DNA from: Octopus vulgaris
Lineage: Eukaryota
Assembly (NCBI GenBank): GCA_951406725.2
Contig: OX597815.1
Span: forward strand, 90,334,001 to 90,398,000
Length of the DNA: 64,000 nucleotides
Reading direction: 5' to 3'
Of the stretch, positions 13,955 through 29,180 are shown piece by piece (position 1 is the first letter of the stretch; each line of letters begins with the position of its first letter). The notes under the pieces were generated by a model, which saw nothing but the letters and a program-made list of their open reading frames with translations, had not been told where the DNA came from and searched no databases. The position numbers and the translations under genes are program-made.

Positions 13955-14381
13955 ACGTCTGTATATCTATATATATATATATACGTACATATTTCTGTGT
14001 ATATATATTTGTGCGTATTTGTATATATATATGAATATGTGCATGTATGATGTATATCAATGCCTGTATATATGTGTATGAATACGCTTGTAAGTTTATT
14101 TTTTGTTTGTATGTGTATATTTATGCCTCTATATCCACGTTTGTGGGAATGCCTTTAAGAGTGTATATGCATTTAAGCGTGGTCGCGTATGTGTATATGT
14201 ATTTAAGTAACTGTGAATAAATTTAAGTGCATATGTATATATGTTTATATTTGTAGTTGTTTAATTATATACTTAGGTATAAGTATGTGTGTGTATACTT
14301 GTGTATATGTATATGTTTGTGTATATTTGTGTATGTATGTATTTGTATACATACTCATACTTATACACCCATAGACATGTA

Positions 14382-14431
<50 letters not shown>

Positions 14432-14679
14432 TATATAGTTGTATAGTTAGAAATACACATTTGTATACATGTACGCTTATGTATGTAGATATTTGTATGT
14501 AGATATTTGTATGTAGACATGTTTATATTGTGTATATGTTTGGACTTGTATGTCTGTATGTATGTAAGCATCTATATATGTATTTAGATGTGTGTATATG
14601 GGCATGTATGTGTATATATGTATAAACATTATATAGGTATATGTGCATATATGTATACAGGCACACGTGTATATATATA

Positions 14680-14725
<46 letters not shown>

Positions 14726-14900
14726 CATGTGTATGTATAAGCATGTGTGTGTATATATAGTCATGTGTATATACATATATGTATATAAGTATCTATATAG
14801 GTATGTATGAAGCTATATGTGTAAAATATATGTATGTATGCACACGTATGTATGTGTATATATGTTAGTATGTATCTGCCTATACATGTATATGTATATA
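13955..14900. repeat. Long degenerate TA/TG low-complexity tract
   Basis: About 950 bp of alternating purine-pyrimidine sequence with pure (TA)n cores. Confidence 0.9.
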
Positions 14901-16188
14901 TCTTGCTCGCTCTTTTCGTATAAGATTTTATTGTCCAAAGTAAAATAACATTTCTAATTATTTTCCTCTTCAGTTTTAATGAAACGTTCTCTAGCTTCAA
15001 GATTAATTCCCTAATCTAAAATTCCACTGTTTTATTGCTGATCCCACATTATTCCCCTTTCCCTGCTTTCGCTCTCGCATGTGAGAAGAGAAACGGTTTA
15101 ACATGGATTTATTTTAACATATACTACAGTATCTAATAGATACTAGCCATTTTGTATATTTTCCCTTTTCCCATTGTATATATATCAAGGTATTTTCTTA
15201 AGAAGAAAACGAAAACAACAGCAAACAAGCAAAACTATTTATCAATCATCTTCTAGTTGTACAAAGAATGCGCTGTCCACTTTCCTTTTTTAGGCTCTTC
15301 TGTCTGTTATTTTGACCAAAAATCAAGGGTCTAGAACATTTTTCTTATTTTTTTTAATTTCTTTTTTTTTTAGTTACCCGTATATGAGTCGTGAGTTGCA
15401 GTTTTTTTGTTAATTATACATGTGTTATGCAAGATTATTATCATAATGTTTGTAGCTATATATGTAAATATATGTATTCCCCAAATAAAGTTGCTGGTAT
15501 GTGCATTTTTCTTTTTTTTATCTTTTTCATTAAGTTAGACATGGCCTGGACCAATCTTCAGTCGAAACATAGGATACAAATCGAATAGAGATTCATTATA
15601 TTTCAGTAAATCCCAAATGATTGCCGCTGATTGATTTTTTGTTTGCTTGAAAATCATGTTTTCTGCAGCATAGATCACTATTAGTATTTAACATTGTATC
15701 AATCTTAACCATTTGATGCATGACAAGCATATGGAAAGGATTCTTCGACAAGTGAAAATCCCAATCAGAGAAAGAATATTTGTTGTAATGGGTGTAGAAA
15801 TTGTAATAACAATTAACTTTATAGGCATAGAAAAAAATGCGATCTCAACCATTAAGAATGTCAAATTTTAAGATAATAAAAAAACTATTCAAGACTATTG
15901 ACTTTAATCAGCAGATAGCCAAAGGCAAAGGCCAAGACTAGACACTCCTTCAATAATTAATTCAATAACCAGAGGAAAGGTGTGTCAAAATGTTTTTACA
16001 TAAAAAAATAGAAAAATTACTTTTTAAGTAAGTTTATTTACAATTAACCATAACTACTTCAGAGAAAAAAGTAAAGATTAAATTAAATTGTCCAACAAAT
16101 CGGTAGTACCACACGCACACTTACATACATAGACATAGACATACATGGACTCGCACGCACGCACACGCACACACATAAATATATACAT

Positions 16189-16256
<68 letters not shown>

Positions 16257-17078
16257 GTCATTGTATGTATTCATGTGTGTGTAAGTGTGTGTATATGTGG
16301 GAAACAGATAGAGAAGAAGCTACATGATGATGTGTACGCTGTTGTCTGTCTCTTTTGTGGCTCTATGCGTACGTTGTGGTATATATACATATATGTCAGT
16401 GGTTGTGTGAAATTAAGAAAATGAAGAACGTCCTTCATTTCCATTATTTTTTACTTCGCACTGTTAAAGGAAAGCAAAAAAAAACAAACAATAAACTAAA
16501 TAGAAATAATAAAACGTGGCAGAACTTTTCTAAAGAAACAAAGACGGAAAAAGAAAACGAAAACAAAAAGGATTTAATGAAATTTTGATTAACATCGGAA
16601 TTATTTAAAACTGACATCGGTCATTGAAGAATGTATATATCAAGCTAATTCAATCGATAATTCTTTTTTATCACATGATTAATTTATTGACTAGACAAGC
16701 CACCAAAACTTTTGAATAAAACCATTGCAAGTCAAAGAGAAAATTATTGTCAGGAGAAGAAAAAGGAACAAAAAATATTTTTCAATAAATGTTTAAGTAT
16801 GGTAAAAAGAAAATTCTATAAGAAAAACAAAGAGAAGGAAGTGCACCTCATCGGAAATAATGAAATGCGGATATTTTGTATGGAATAAAACAAAGTCATA
16901 GCAATCATTAAAAATATATGTGACTGAAGGGTGTTTAATTGACACAGAGGCAATAATTTGTCTTATATAAAGTAATATTAGAATAAAGGATATGTCATCA
17001 CTTATGTTACGCAAAAATCTATAGACATACACACAGTCACACACGTATATCCATATCCATATACATACACAATTATAT

Positions 17079-17132
<54 letters not shown>

Positions 17133-19827
17133 TGTGTGTGTGCAGTGAGAGAGAGAAAGAGAAGGAGAGAGAGATACATACCCGCATGCATATTTTGAAA
17201 CCTACACATACATGATATGCGTAAGTGAGAGCAGAGTTCAAATTCTCAGGGAGTATTTAAAAAATGCTGTGGGGATGGGTTGGGTTGGGTTGGGTTGGAC
17301 CGGATTGGATCGGAAGCAGATGATTAATGAGATAGCTGTGGGTGAAGAAGTGAAATAACGTATTACAAGGGACATGACTTGAATTGTAATTGACGACCGA
17401 GTAAGATGCTATTTTCGTCCGTCATTCGGAAACATTTCGTAAGATGTTTTGCTTCTGTAACAAGAGCGACCAAACCGTAATTATATTTGAATGCAGAGAT
17501 TTGTTCTCCGCCGTAGGTTTTCTATAGGAGGAATTTACACATTACGGATAAAATATTTTCTGTTCCTTTCTCGATTACATGAGCAATTAAACTGATGTCT
17601 TTCCTCGATGGAGTGCCAAGTACATAGTTCGCCGACGAAGAAATTAGAAACCCTTCATTTCTATGCTCTACTGCGCATATATATATAAAATCGTAAGAAT
17701 TATATACAATACATGTAGTAGATGTAAATTATTCATTTGAAATTTTTCAAAGGGTAAATAAAAACACATTATGAGGGTCTCTTTGGTATAATGATTATTA
17801 CAGCCGATCCATAAGTGCATGGATTCCTGCAAATGATTCTGTCTAAGAGTTATTTTACCCAATATACAACGAGGAATTTTTTAAAGTTAGATTTACATAA
17901 TTTTGAAAAGAATATTTTTTATTCAAATTGCACAATATTCATAAGAAACGAAAGAAAATTTTCTCGCGTGTACAGACAACGTTTTTACTATGAATGTTTG
18001 AAAATATCCAGAATCTCCTCGGAGTTGTATTTACCATGGTAGTTCAGTAATTGGCGACCTCTTGAATATTTTCACTTTTTTCTCTGTAAGCTTTATTTTA
18101 GGCGATACATCATGAACTTTTACTTATATCCTCATTTTCATTTGAATCTCTTCACAGGAAATATTTTCAAATTTCTTAATTAATAGCTTCACTCCAAATA
18201 CTCCATGCTTAACATCTGTTCAAACATACTCAAGTGAAATCTCTCATTGCCCTTACGATGGCAGCATACTCTGTATGTTTATTAAACTCAAATCTTGATT
18301 CTTAATTACGACTATCTGAAGCTATTTTAAGTCACAGTTGCCTTGCCTATCGGAAATGTGCAATCTGATGCTTCCCTGGGTATCAAAGGTTTCATACAAC
18401 ATATCTTAGAGGCACAACTGTCAACTGCAAGCATTCTTAAAATAAATCTATGATAGTTACATGTTTATGGGTTTTTTCCTATTTTAAGAGAAAAGACATA
18501 CATACTTTGGTTTAACTAATGCGATAATTCTAAAATGAACAAAAACAACTTAGAATTTCAGTTTCTTTGATTTCTATTCTTACTAATTTAGGCAAGCTAA
18601 ATCTTTCTGTTGGAAGTGTGAAAATTTTTTTCTTATCCAGTAGGCTGTGGATTTCTGAACATGTTGAGCTATCCTCACAGAGAACAGCAATTTAGGTTCT
18701 CGTAACAACGTCAGAATAGCATATCGTTTTCTAGAGGTATATCTACCACAAATGACCTAAAATACCTTCCAATTTATAAGTGTGCCATAAATTCATATCA
18801 TTTAATTTAAACATTATAAATTCTTTTTGGAACGATGGATCCCGAAGCAAACAATCTTTAAATAATGGCGTCTAAATATTAGATTAAAAACCTATATAGG
18901 AAATATCGAAGGATAACCATCAAAATTCAAGCTATTGTCACAAATACATCATGTAAGCTCCTCAGCGACTCTCCATCCCATGTGTCTCTTCCTGCTCTGT
19001 TTAGTTCATGAATGGACTATGACCTCGCTGAAGAGGTCATATGATATGTGAAGAAAGATTGTCTAAAAAGTTTCCATTAAAGAAAACTTACATTTTTGAT
19101 AATCTAAATTATTTTTCAAAGCGCATTTTATAAAGACATTTCAAAGCAATTTTATCTTCGTTTCTGTAAGTACGATTTCTCTAACCACAGTTTTAATGTC
19201 CTCTAATCTAAGATATTGACCGATGAAAATATGGAAATTTTTGGAGCTCTGATCTTCTTCAAAACTTCTATATGCAAATTCTAAAACATGCTTACCTCTT
19301 CAAAAAGATGATTAAAAAGTATGAAAAGAAAATATTGGAGCATTTAGAATGAAAATAATTTTATTTTTTAATTTGTACAAAACATAATCTTGCTAAATGG
19401 ACAAAAATTTGACTTGTTGCAAATGTATACACTCGCACACACACGCGTGCCCCACCACACACACAGACACAGACACAGACACACACATACACACACACAC
19501 ACACTACCACAAAATTACACGTAAATACTGAAAACCCTGTACTTTAACAAAAGTAGAGAGTTGAATTCTGCTTGACGAAAAAGTAGATGTTCTTGTAAAA
19601 TTTCCTTTAGTCGTAAATCTTTCCGAATATAGAATCAAATTTTTGCGTCCCCTCCATAACAACAAAAACTTGATGAGGAACGTGTTAGTCACCATCTAAT
19701 AGCGGAAACTACAGTTTCGTGTTATATGACTTTTACTCGTCCATCTCATAGTCCCCAAATACCTCTATTCGGCTTTATCCCACTTTACTTATTCCCTACT
19801 TATCTTTATTCTTTACCGTCTGACTGT

Positions 19828-19870
<43 letters not shown>

Positions 19871-21374
19871 ACTTTCATATATGCATCTGTATATGTGATA
19901 CAACCACACACCATATCTCACACTACAAAATAACTACTAAGCATAAATTTACTACAAACTTCTGAAAGCCTGTACCAAATTGATTTTTGTATTAGGGTGG
20001 CGTGTACTAATCTCAGATTTCGTTCCGGCTCTCCTTATGATAAGCGGTCTGATTTTACCCGGACCATTCGGTGCAAAAATATTTAACTATACTCTAACCG
20101 ACAATCATAACTAATGATTAGTTGGTCATACCTTCTGTTTAATGATGCGAGTATGACATGCAGAAAATACTCCGGTAAATTCACTTCCCGAAAACGTGAT
20201 TCTTAATTCATATTGTACTCACATTCTTACCGTACTATTATATATTATGTAAGCTCTTTTTCTGACCATCATACATACATGCACACACATACCTCATCTA
20301 ATTACAGCTAAAGCCTAGTGTCATTACTCTGAAATTATTAATATCTATATTTCCAATAGCGTTGTAATTGTCAATAAACAAAATCATAAGGAAATTTATA
20401 TAGATAAATAAATCCATTCCAAAATGAATAGGGAATTAGTAAATGATCAAATTAAATAAGCAAATAAGCAAATGTGTGTATGCGTGTGTGTGTCCGCGCG
20501 CGTGAATGCATGCGTGCAAGCATGCATGCAAGCGTGCCTGTGTGCTTATTGCTGATATTGCCTATATTTTGCTTGTTTCCAGGCATAATTTATAACCCTT
20601 TACCTCCAATATAATGTCCCTTTATGACGTGGTGCTTGTTGAACATAGGCATTAAATAAACTACTTGTATTGGCTTTCAGTTTTATAAATTATTTGCCAT
20701 TGTTGCTGAAGTATTCAGTGAGTGTATCGGAAGCAAGTAAATACTCTTACATTCAGATATTGTTTTCGCTTTTTGAAGTTTGCGACTTCAATAAAGCTAG
20801 AGGACGGTTCACTTTCAGATTGATAACTTTAGAATTATTAAACATTCAATGAAAGCACAAAGAAACATTTCATTGACTTTCAGAGAAAATAATTATTTTC
20901 AGTTTTATACATATAGACTTCTATTTTTGATTTATTTCTTCTTTAAATTTTTCGAATGAAATTATATTATTATTCATATATACGATATTTGGAAAATTTG
21001 GCAAATCTTTCACAGTGAAGTTTTTGCATCTGTCTATATATGTCCGAAAAAACATAGAAACGATGAAATATAAAAGTTCTATTCAATGTAGAATAGAGAT
21101 TTTGAAGATATTAGCCAAGCATAGATAATGTGTTTTATATAGTCTTCTTCAACTTCTAGCTTCGTTTTAGAAATTTCCATAATTACACATGCCCCAAAAT
21201 ACCCGCATACACATGCACAGCTACACACACACACACACACATACATATATATGTATTTATTATGCATGTTTCTATGTATGTATGTATGTATGTATTATTT
21301 ATTTATGCAATTATAGATGCATTCAATGATACATATTAATTATATATTTATCATGACAATGTTGGTTAAGAAGT

Positions 21375-21510
21375 TATTTAAGAAGATTGCTTAATTCCGC
21401 TCTGGGATATCTTCGGTACATGTCTTCTAATATAACGTCGTGTAAGTCCATGTGTTGTGGGTGAATTTGGATAGAAGGAAATTGTGGAGAAGCCCGTCGA
21501 ATTGATTGTA
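21375..21510 (+). mobile_element. Degenerate 5' half of SINE family B
   Basis: ttgtgggtgaatttggatagaaggaaattgtggagaagcccgtc resembles the family B core (gtgagtggatttggtagacggaaactgaaagaagcccgt). Confidence 0.5.
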
Positions 21511-22191
21511 TTCATAATTCAAAGATACAGGTTTGTGACACCGCGTGATATAACTCATTTGTAAATTTATTACCGTGATATTAATAAAAGTATAACAAAA
21601 TCGTATAGAAGATCTAGACGACTTTGCCATAATGGTAGCACAAATGTGAAATTCGCAGAAGATATGGGTTCGATTTGCCCGAGCAACGTTCGAAAATTTT
21701 ACTGACAGTGTCTTAGGTTGGCCACAGTCTTTGGGCTGGACCATATGAAAGAAAGAACATCTGTATGTCAATCCATGTCAGCTTGTGTAGAGTGCAATAA
21801 TAAATACGTTTGAGAATTTACAAGGCCGCTTCGCCCGGTAAACACTATTCTTCAAAATATATGCCATTCCTATTAAAAGAAAATTAGCCTTATAAGAAAA
21901 GATATCGTATCTAGCAGAGAAATTGAAAACTTCTTATTACAGTATGTTAACAATTTCTATCTGGTATACAAATTATGTTTTCAAAATATTATCTGAATCC
22001 TAATGTCATACAAATACTTTTAGAAATATTTTCATACAAATATTTTCAATATATATTCCTTATTTAAGTAGCTGTTAATGGAACATTAGAAATACTTCGG
22101 TGGGTGTTCTATTTTCCAAGGAAAGAATTCAAACTATTAAGAAAAACAATAATTTTAGTAACCGTTTACTTACTATCAATATTACAAAAAG

Positions 22192-22227
<36 letters not shown>

Positions 22228-24309
22228 CCGAATGTTCGCTGTTACAAGTCGTAGGTAAATGGAATTATTCCAACATTTATTGTCGTTTTAATTGATGCCA
22301 TAACGTATTTATCGTTAGCAAAATTATTTTAGATGTTCTACTGGTTTAATAGAATTTATATCGCACATTATGGAATGAACATCTCTTTTAATAAAATACC
22401 TAGTATAAACTTAATATAACATTATGCAAAATAACAAATTGTGACACTCATAATATTTTTTTAAATGACAAAATTTCGTATATACATGATTTTTAAAAGT
22501 TTCGTTCGTGGAAGCTAGAAAACGATTTTGAATACTGGCTGATAAATTACATTATTAAAAACCATTTTCCGCGAAACAAATTTTAAGTAACTATAAAATC
22601 AAATATTATTCTCTTTACTTACCTGTAGGTTAATCTTTATTTCAAACGGTACACGGAAACAAAGGAAATGCAATAATACAATAAATAATACTCTGTACAT
22701 AAAATACAGGCGATATACGAAATTGCTTTTACAAGTTGATTATAGTCTTATTCGTCTATATATCGCCGTTATATATGCCGTGAAAAATCATTCTAAGTAT
22801 TGTTGTATATGTATTAAACTGCTCCAGTGTAACGTGTTCGGATTATATCTGATGGAACTTCGAGGTCAACTCATATATAGAGCTACAACATTTAAATCTT
22901 AGCTTCATAAATGTTTCTTCATTATGCGTATCGTGTGCATATCATTACGTTCATCATTATATATACATACCCTTTTTTGTTCTTGTAACTCAATTAGATG
23001 TTCTTATTGAATTTAGGCCTGATTGTGCAAACATATCAAAGGTATTCCAGCTTTAACTATCCCGTTGTTTCTGTCAACTAGAGTACATTGAAGCATATTA
23101 TTAAATATGTTATATTCAAAACTCCACTCCTCCCCAAAAGTGTGGTTTAACAGGAATTGTTCTAACATTTCCATTTATTTGAGCAACTAAGTAGCAGTCA
23201 TTTCGCTTGCCATTCAATCAATCGATTATATGACGTATCACTGTATGTTAAAATATAGCAGTAGATTCATTACGAGGCTCAAATTACAAAATTCAAATTT
23301 CAATTAGTTTAGAATCGGGTTAGATTTTTTTTAAAGTGAGATTCCTCTAATATATTTTATTGATATCGCATCTAATATGCGTTAAAATTGAATATTCAAT
23401 ACGTTTTCTGAATTGACAGACAAAATCAAATGCCAATTATTTGATAACCGATGATTTTAGACATGCATAGAATAATACCCTACTTTTTAACTTGGCAAAT
23501 CATTGGTTTACCACTTGGAAATTGTTTACAAAATGCTTCACAATATACGAGCAATTCTATATTCAGGCATCACCAATGCTTTTAATGAGGCTTAGCTCTC
23601 AGTCAGACTAATGGGTGAAATGATGTCCATTGTCGTAAAACAGTAAAGCTCAATATAATGAAATAGGGTAATACATTAAAATAAAGTTTAAGCTGAAACT
23701 ACATTCAAAAAGTAAGTTTGTCTTTAATAGAAATGAAATATCAGATCTCTCTAATATAAATGAGAATAATTGAGAATTAGATAAACATTAAGAAATAAAA
23801 TATTTTAAGGCCAGCCTGTTTTGAAGGGTTAGGTATTTTGAAGTACTTCAATAAACCCACTCATTTATCAGCTTTGATCAAGATTAAACTTTAGATCATC
23901 TCATAGTGATTCATAGTGATTCAATGGGAAAACATAAGAATATTTTTTCAGATATACAATAATAAGAATCATCATGTGCATGAGCATTAGGTTTTTTGTG
24001 TATTCAAATGTCTTGCAAAGGAAAATTTAATATATTGCTCAGATTCACTTTTAAAAATCTGTGTCAAAAAAACCTTTCAAGTTATCTGATATTTTAAATC
24101 AACCTAATATAGTTATAAGCTAATCTTCAGCTGTAATTAATTTTACACAAGAAACGATCAATTTTGAAAGATACGCATTGAAGAATCGTTTACTTGTTTA
24201 CAAAAATAGCATGAATATTTTCTATTTCTGAGCAATGTTTTGGAAGAAACTAATCGTAATTTAACATAAGATGATGAATGAAACACCCATGTTTAAAGAA
24301 GCGAATTAT

Positions 24310-25700
24310 TTAAACCCCAAAGACTTCCTCTCAATACATGGCTATGCTGCTACCTCAGTACTCCTGCTAGTGATCAGCGATGCTCATACCGCTAGATAAC
24401 AAGGTTATGCTCAACCGGTTATGGTCAAACAACTGACAAGCGAATCTGTGGTACTCAGCAGAATATTTCTTATAGCCCATCTTTTAACCAAAACAAGCAT
24501 GTACGTGATAACACTTTAAATCAGTTGAGATCAGAAGCCATGATAGCGACTTACTGGTATTGCACCAGGGCATTTATTATCATCACTGTTCAACATATAC
24601 TAGTTTCAGCAAATGTCTACTGCATCACCCGCCACACCTCAGTGTTGCTGAGGTGTGTACAGCATTGTGTTTTTTTTTTTGTTGTTGAAAGTGTGAAAAC
24701 TCTTCCCGGTATTTCATTGACTCAGTTTCTTTATTTTTTACATGTGGTGCAGTATTTTATTGTATTTGTGATTGTATTGTGTGTTGTTCGAGTAATGCGT
24801 TGAGTAACCGGTTTGCTGGTGGTAGTTTATTTTATTGAATATTTGTTGCATATTTCTTATATTGTTGTCTTGTGTTTGTGGATTGCTTTGTTTAGGGTGT
24901 ATTATTGAATTGATGGTGTCTTGCGTACGATTTGAGCTATCCCTAGCAGGGCTAAATTTTTGGATCATGTAGTGTTGAGGATCCAGGTATAGCGTCTATG
25001 TTTTTGTTGATGTGTATTTTTTTATCATGCCCAATGTACCAGTTATTACTGGTATTATTTTCACCTTCATGCCTCACATCTTCAATACTTGTATTTCGAG
25101 GTCTATGAACTTTGAAATTCTCTCCACTTCTTTTTTTACAATATTTTGGTCAGAAGGTAAAGCAATGTCTATCAGTAAACAGATGATTATTATGTCTGGG
25201 GGATATGCTTTTATTTCTTTGTCTGTTTGAACAAACTATCCCAGATGTACATTGTTAGGAACATATTTATACCATTTTTTGTCAGTTTCTTTTTTATGTT
25301 ACATTGTCGGTATATTGTCCCGTGAATATAACTACTTAGTCGATCGTTTATGTATATATATTCAGGTTTGAGTTGATATGAGAAAATGTCAAATTGTGCT
25401 GGTTGACTATTCTGCATTTGGTGTTAGGGCCTGTTTTCATTACTTTGCTTTTATAGTTGTTCGTAGACAGATATTGGCTTTGTGCAATGAGAAACTCCTT
25501 CCGTTTCAGTTTTTACTCCAGAGTTTTTGAGACCTTGTTGGTGTTTACTTATGCAAACGTCTCTCTCAAGCCTTCAAGTGTATTGGACATGGAGTCATTT
25601 TTTTCCTACTTCTACTTTGGTATGTTTTGTAATTCTGTTTTCATGTTTTATATTAATTTGGTTTTCTCACTTTGAGCATTTTTTGTCTCTCTGACCATTT
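24310..25700 (-). mobile_element. Dong/R4-type non-LTR retrotransposon 3' remnant (zinc knuckle, RLE endonuclease, probable 3' UTR)
   Basis: Minus strand reads QTDKEIKAYPPDIII..CLLIDIALPSDQNIVKKEVERISKFIDLEI...KIIPVITGTLGMI (about 25020-25230), the R4-clade PD..D-K endonuclease pattern. Confidence 0.75.
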
Positions 25701-25844
25701 CTTCTATGTCGTCATCTAATGTCAGTGTATCGGTATAGCTTGTTTCCGATTTGGATTTTGTGGCCACCTTGTGAATTGAGAAAAAAGTTTTCTTTTTCTC
25801 ACGTTGCGTAATTACATGTAGTATTCTTCTACACTTTGTTTCTG

Positions 25845-26225
25845 AGTGTTGTATCTATCTAACTTTTCGTCTTCCTTCTTGACTTTTCGTGGGTCAAAAG
25901 GGCATGCAACACCAACTATATAGCATATGTGGTGCACCTTGTCCACCACCACTAGGTCCGGTATTTTAAGCTCTAGCACCTGATCTGTTTGTATTGGGAA
26001 ATCCCAGAGGATTTTTCTAGTCTCCGACACAGCTTATCTCTGCGGTCTGTGCTTATACCACGTCTCTCTCTAGCCCCCACGTTTCGCACTGTTTCCAATG
26101 TAGCCCTTTCGCTACCTGGTCGTGTCGCCACAACTTGTAGTGTTTGGGGCAAGTATAGGGCATTCGTTTGTGATGCGGGCAATGGTTGCATCCACTCTAT
26201 TGCAGATACGACACAGCCGAGACAC
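25845..26225 (-). mobile_element. Second, distinct Dong/R4-type RLE fragment
   Basis: CRIC...ITNECPILA, LHWK, KILWDFPIQTDQVLELKIPDLVVVDK..CYIVGVACPFDPR..KEDEKLDRY (ORF 25812..26030 and adjacent frames). Confidence 0.85.
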
Positions 26226-27359
26226 ACTCATTCCTAAGGTATTTCTGCACCCCCACTCGCATATATCCAGAAGTATATGTATTAAATGTGGTTGTATAGA
26301 TAAATATATAGCTGAATATCTATGTTTATTCGCACATGTGAGTATACATGTATACAAGGTTATGCTCATATATGTATATATAATTTTTCTAATGTACATG
26401 AAGCAGAAACCATATAAATAACTCACTTTTAGAAATCTGAATTTTATATTTCGACAAACATTTAGTTAGTGATACAAATGAAAAAACAATCAATTATACT
26501 GAAACACTTTAAATATTAAAATAAGAAGAAAAATAAGAAACTTATACTTATATATATATATCGATATGAAAGGATGGATTATAAATGGAATTTATTTCAT
26601 AATTATTCTACTGAGAATCACGTTTACTTAACACAGCTGTTGTGAAGTTGCGAAAATTGATGCACTTAGAATATAAAGGTTTTCATGCTATATTTATGCT
26701 CTGGGTAGTAGCGATATAGAGGGATAGGATATCTGTGATGAACAGAAATCGTATCAGTCATCATGTGTTTACAAGAGGGATTTACTGATAGAATATCTCA
26801 AGGATAAAATAATGCAAAAAAATTTTGAATCCTAATTAAAATTACAAAATTTCCGCCACCTTCCATCGAACCCGTTTAATTATAGTTTAACATTAATTCC
26901 CTCTCTTCACATGTAAGTTATATTAATATAATTTATTTCTCACTATATAAAGTATTTAAGAAACCCTTCGATTGGTATTTTTATGTATATATTTCCTTCA
27001 GTTTCCTTGTATATTTCAGTACACTTTTTCCATAATATATAGGAGTAATCCACGCTATCTCTCATTAGTGTTTGAAAAGGCTGTTTATAACGGGAGATCT
27101 AATAATGCAGAAAGAAGTGGGTTAATTAGAGAAATTGTGATATTTAAGAGTAATGAAAACCTCCCGTTTTTGCTAAGCATTCTATTCTATCAACAATTTC
27201 ACTACGTTTAGAGGATTGAATCATGGGATGAAAATTGGACAGGTGTGAGGGAATAGATTAGAGCGAGATTGGTGAATTGAGACAGACAGACAGTGACACA
27301 TTCTCCAATGTAATTCCCTAATGATGTGTATTCCCCTACTTGTATCAAAATGGAGATAC

Positions 27360-27776
27360 ATAGGTAGGTAGGTAGATGGGTACGTACGTATGTAGATAAG
27401 TAGATAGCCAAGTAGGTAGGTATGAAGGTAGGTAGATAGTTACGTACGTACGTAGCCAAAACGGGTAGGTAGTTAGATAGTTAGATAAGTAGGTTGGTAG
27501 GTAGGGAGGTAGGTAGGTAGGTAGGTAGGTAGGTAGGTATGTAGGTAGGTAGGTAGGTAGGTAGGTAGGTAGGTAGGTAGGTAGGGAGGTAGGTAGGTAG
27601 GTAGGTAGGTAAGTAGGTATGTAAGCAGGTAGGTTGGTTGGTAGGCAGGCTGGTAGGCAGGTAAGTAGGTAGGTATGTAGACAGATAGGTAGGTAGGTAG
27701 GTAGGTAGACAGATAGGTAGGTAGGTAGGTAGGTAGGTAGGTAGGTAGGTAGGTAGGTAGGTAGGTAGGTAGGTAA
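27360..27776. repeat. (TAGG)n tetranucleotide microsatellite, partly degenerate
   Basis: Direct sequence. Confidence 0.95.
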
Positions 27777-28707
27777 GAAGATATGAGTGTCTGTGATATT
27801 TTATCTTGGTATGCCTCTAAATGAATACATGTCTACCTTTTTTATATACTTGTGGCGATACGTGTTTATATACAATTGCATATGTATATAACAAACATTT
27901 CTGTAAAATACGTGGTTTTCATTAATATAAGAACGTATCGCGCGATATTGAAAATATATTGAATGCTGTGGTTCGTTAGTGGGAGGAAGTATAGATAGAA
28001 GCTGTATAGCGGAAGAGCAATCTTAATGGAGAAAATACTGTACATAATTAAATAGAGAAGAATATACAGGATACAGCAGTCCCAAAAGAGCGTGGAAAAC
28101 ATGTGGAAATATGAAATAATGACAGCTGATTACAGGAAAAGGAATATCTGACAGTTCATGCTTGTGGAGATATGCAGTTAAATATGCATCACACTTGCAT
28201 ATTAGGCTGCACGTCTGTATATATGAATCAGGATACCAATTTTGCCTGTTTATATGTCGTCAATATGCTTCTGAACGTGCATGGGTGGATCGCGTATGAT
28301 ATTTTTTAAAGGTGTCGGAACCAAAAGACGTAACACCGCTCTAAAAAGAGATGATTATCTACTGTGTTGCGACATATCATGTTCTCACACACCAGATAGA
28401 GAGATCATCTATTAGAGATCTTAATTTGTGTTGCTTTGGAGATAGTTTTACTGTTATATAAGAAGAGTTAGGATATCACGGCCTTAGCACACATACATTG
28501 TTAAGTTAGTACCGACCAAAGATATCGGTGTAGAAAGTTAGTAACCTTCAAGCATGTGTACAACTTATATCGATGACAAAAGGTTGACAAAATGCGATAA
28601 AGAGAGTTTATCAAACATCGTACGTCACACACTTCATCCCATATCGAAAGGACATTTCGATAAGCTTTTAGAAGCTAAAGCTTTTAAAATGCATATGAAA
28701 ATCTCGG

Positions 28708-28709
<2 letters not shown>

Positions 28710-28792
<83 letters not shown>

Positions 28793-28800
28793 ATATGGAT

Positions 28801-28886
<86 letters not shown>
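28710..28886. repeat. (TA)n(TG)n(CA)n(TA)n compound microsatellite
   Basis: Direct sequence; source of ORFs 28554..29075 and neighbours. Confidence 0.95.
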
Positions 28887-28887
<1 letters not shown>

Positions 28888-29024
28888 ATACAAGCAATGC
28901 ACTCCGACATGGAATCATATTGTATTATTTGTCCCTTTCTTATGGCCAGAACCGACACACGAGAATTTTGAAGAAAACAACTCTTCTTTATAAATATGTT
29001 TTTCGATCTTTTTCTGATGAACAA

Positions 29025-29180
29025 TGCTACAGTTTCTGTCTATCAAATTCAGTTACAAGTCTGTGGTTAGCCTAGGGCTACAGTAGAAAAAACTTGCCCA
29101 ATGTACTATGCAGAGGGACTGTACGTGGAACCATGTTGTTCGGAATCAAACTTCTCAACCACAGAATCATTCTTTCACCT
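29025..29180 (-). mobile_element. Degenerate SINE family B (5' half)
   Basis: cagtttctgtctatcaaattc...acttgcccaatgtactatgcagagggactg...ggaaccatgttg. Confidence 0.65.

Noticed and set aside
19660-19730. TTGATGAGG...GGAAAC as a hammerhead of a PLE tail
   Set aside because: C3 is absent and the stems pair poorly; at best a very decayed relic.
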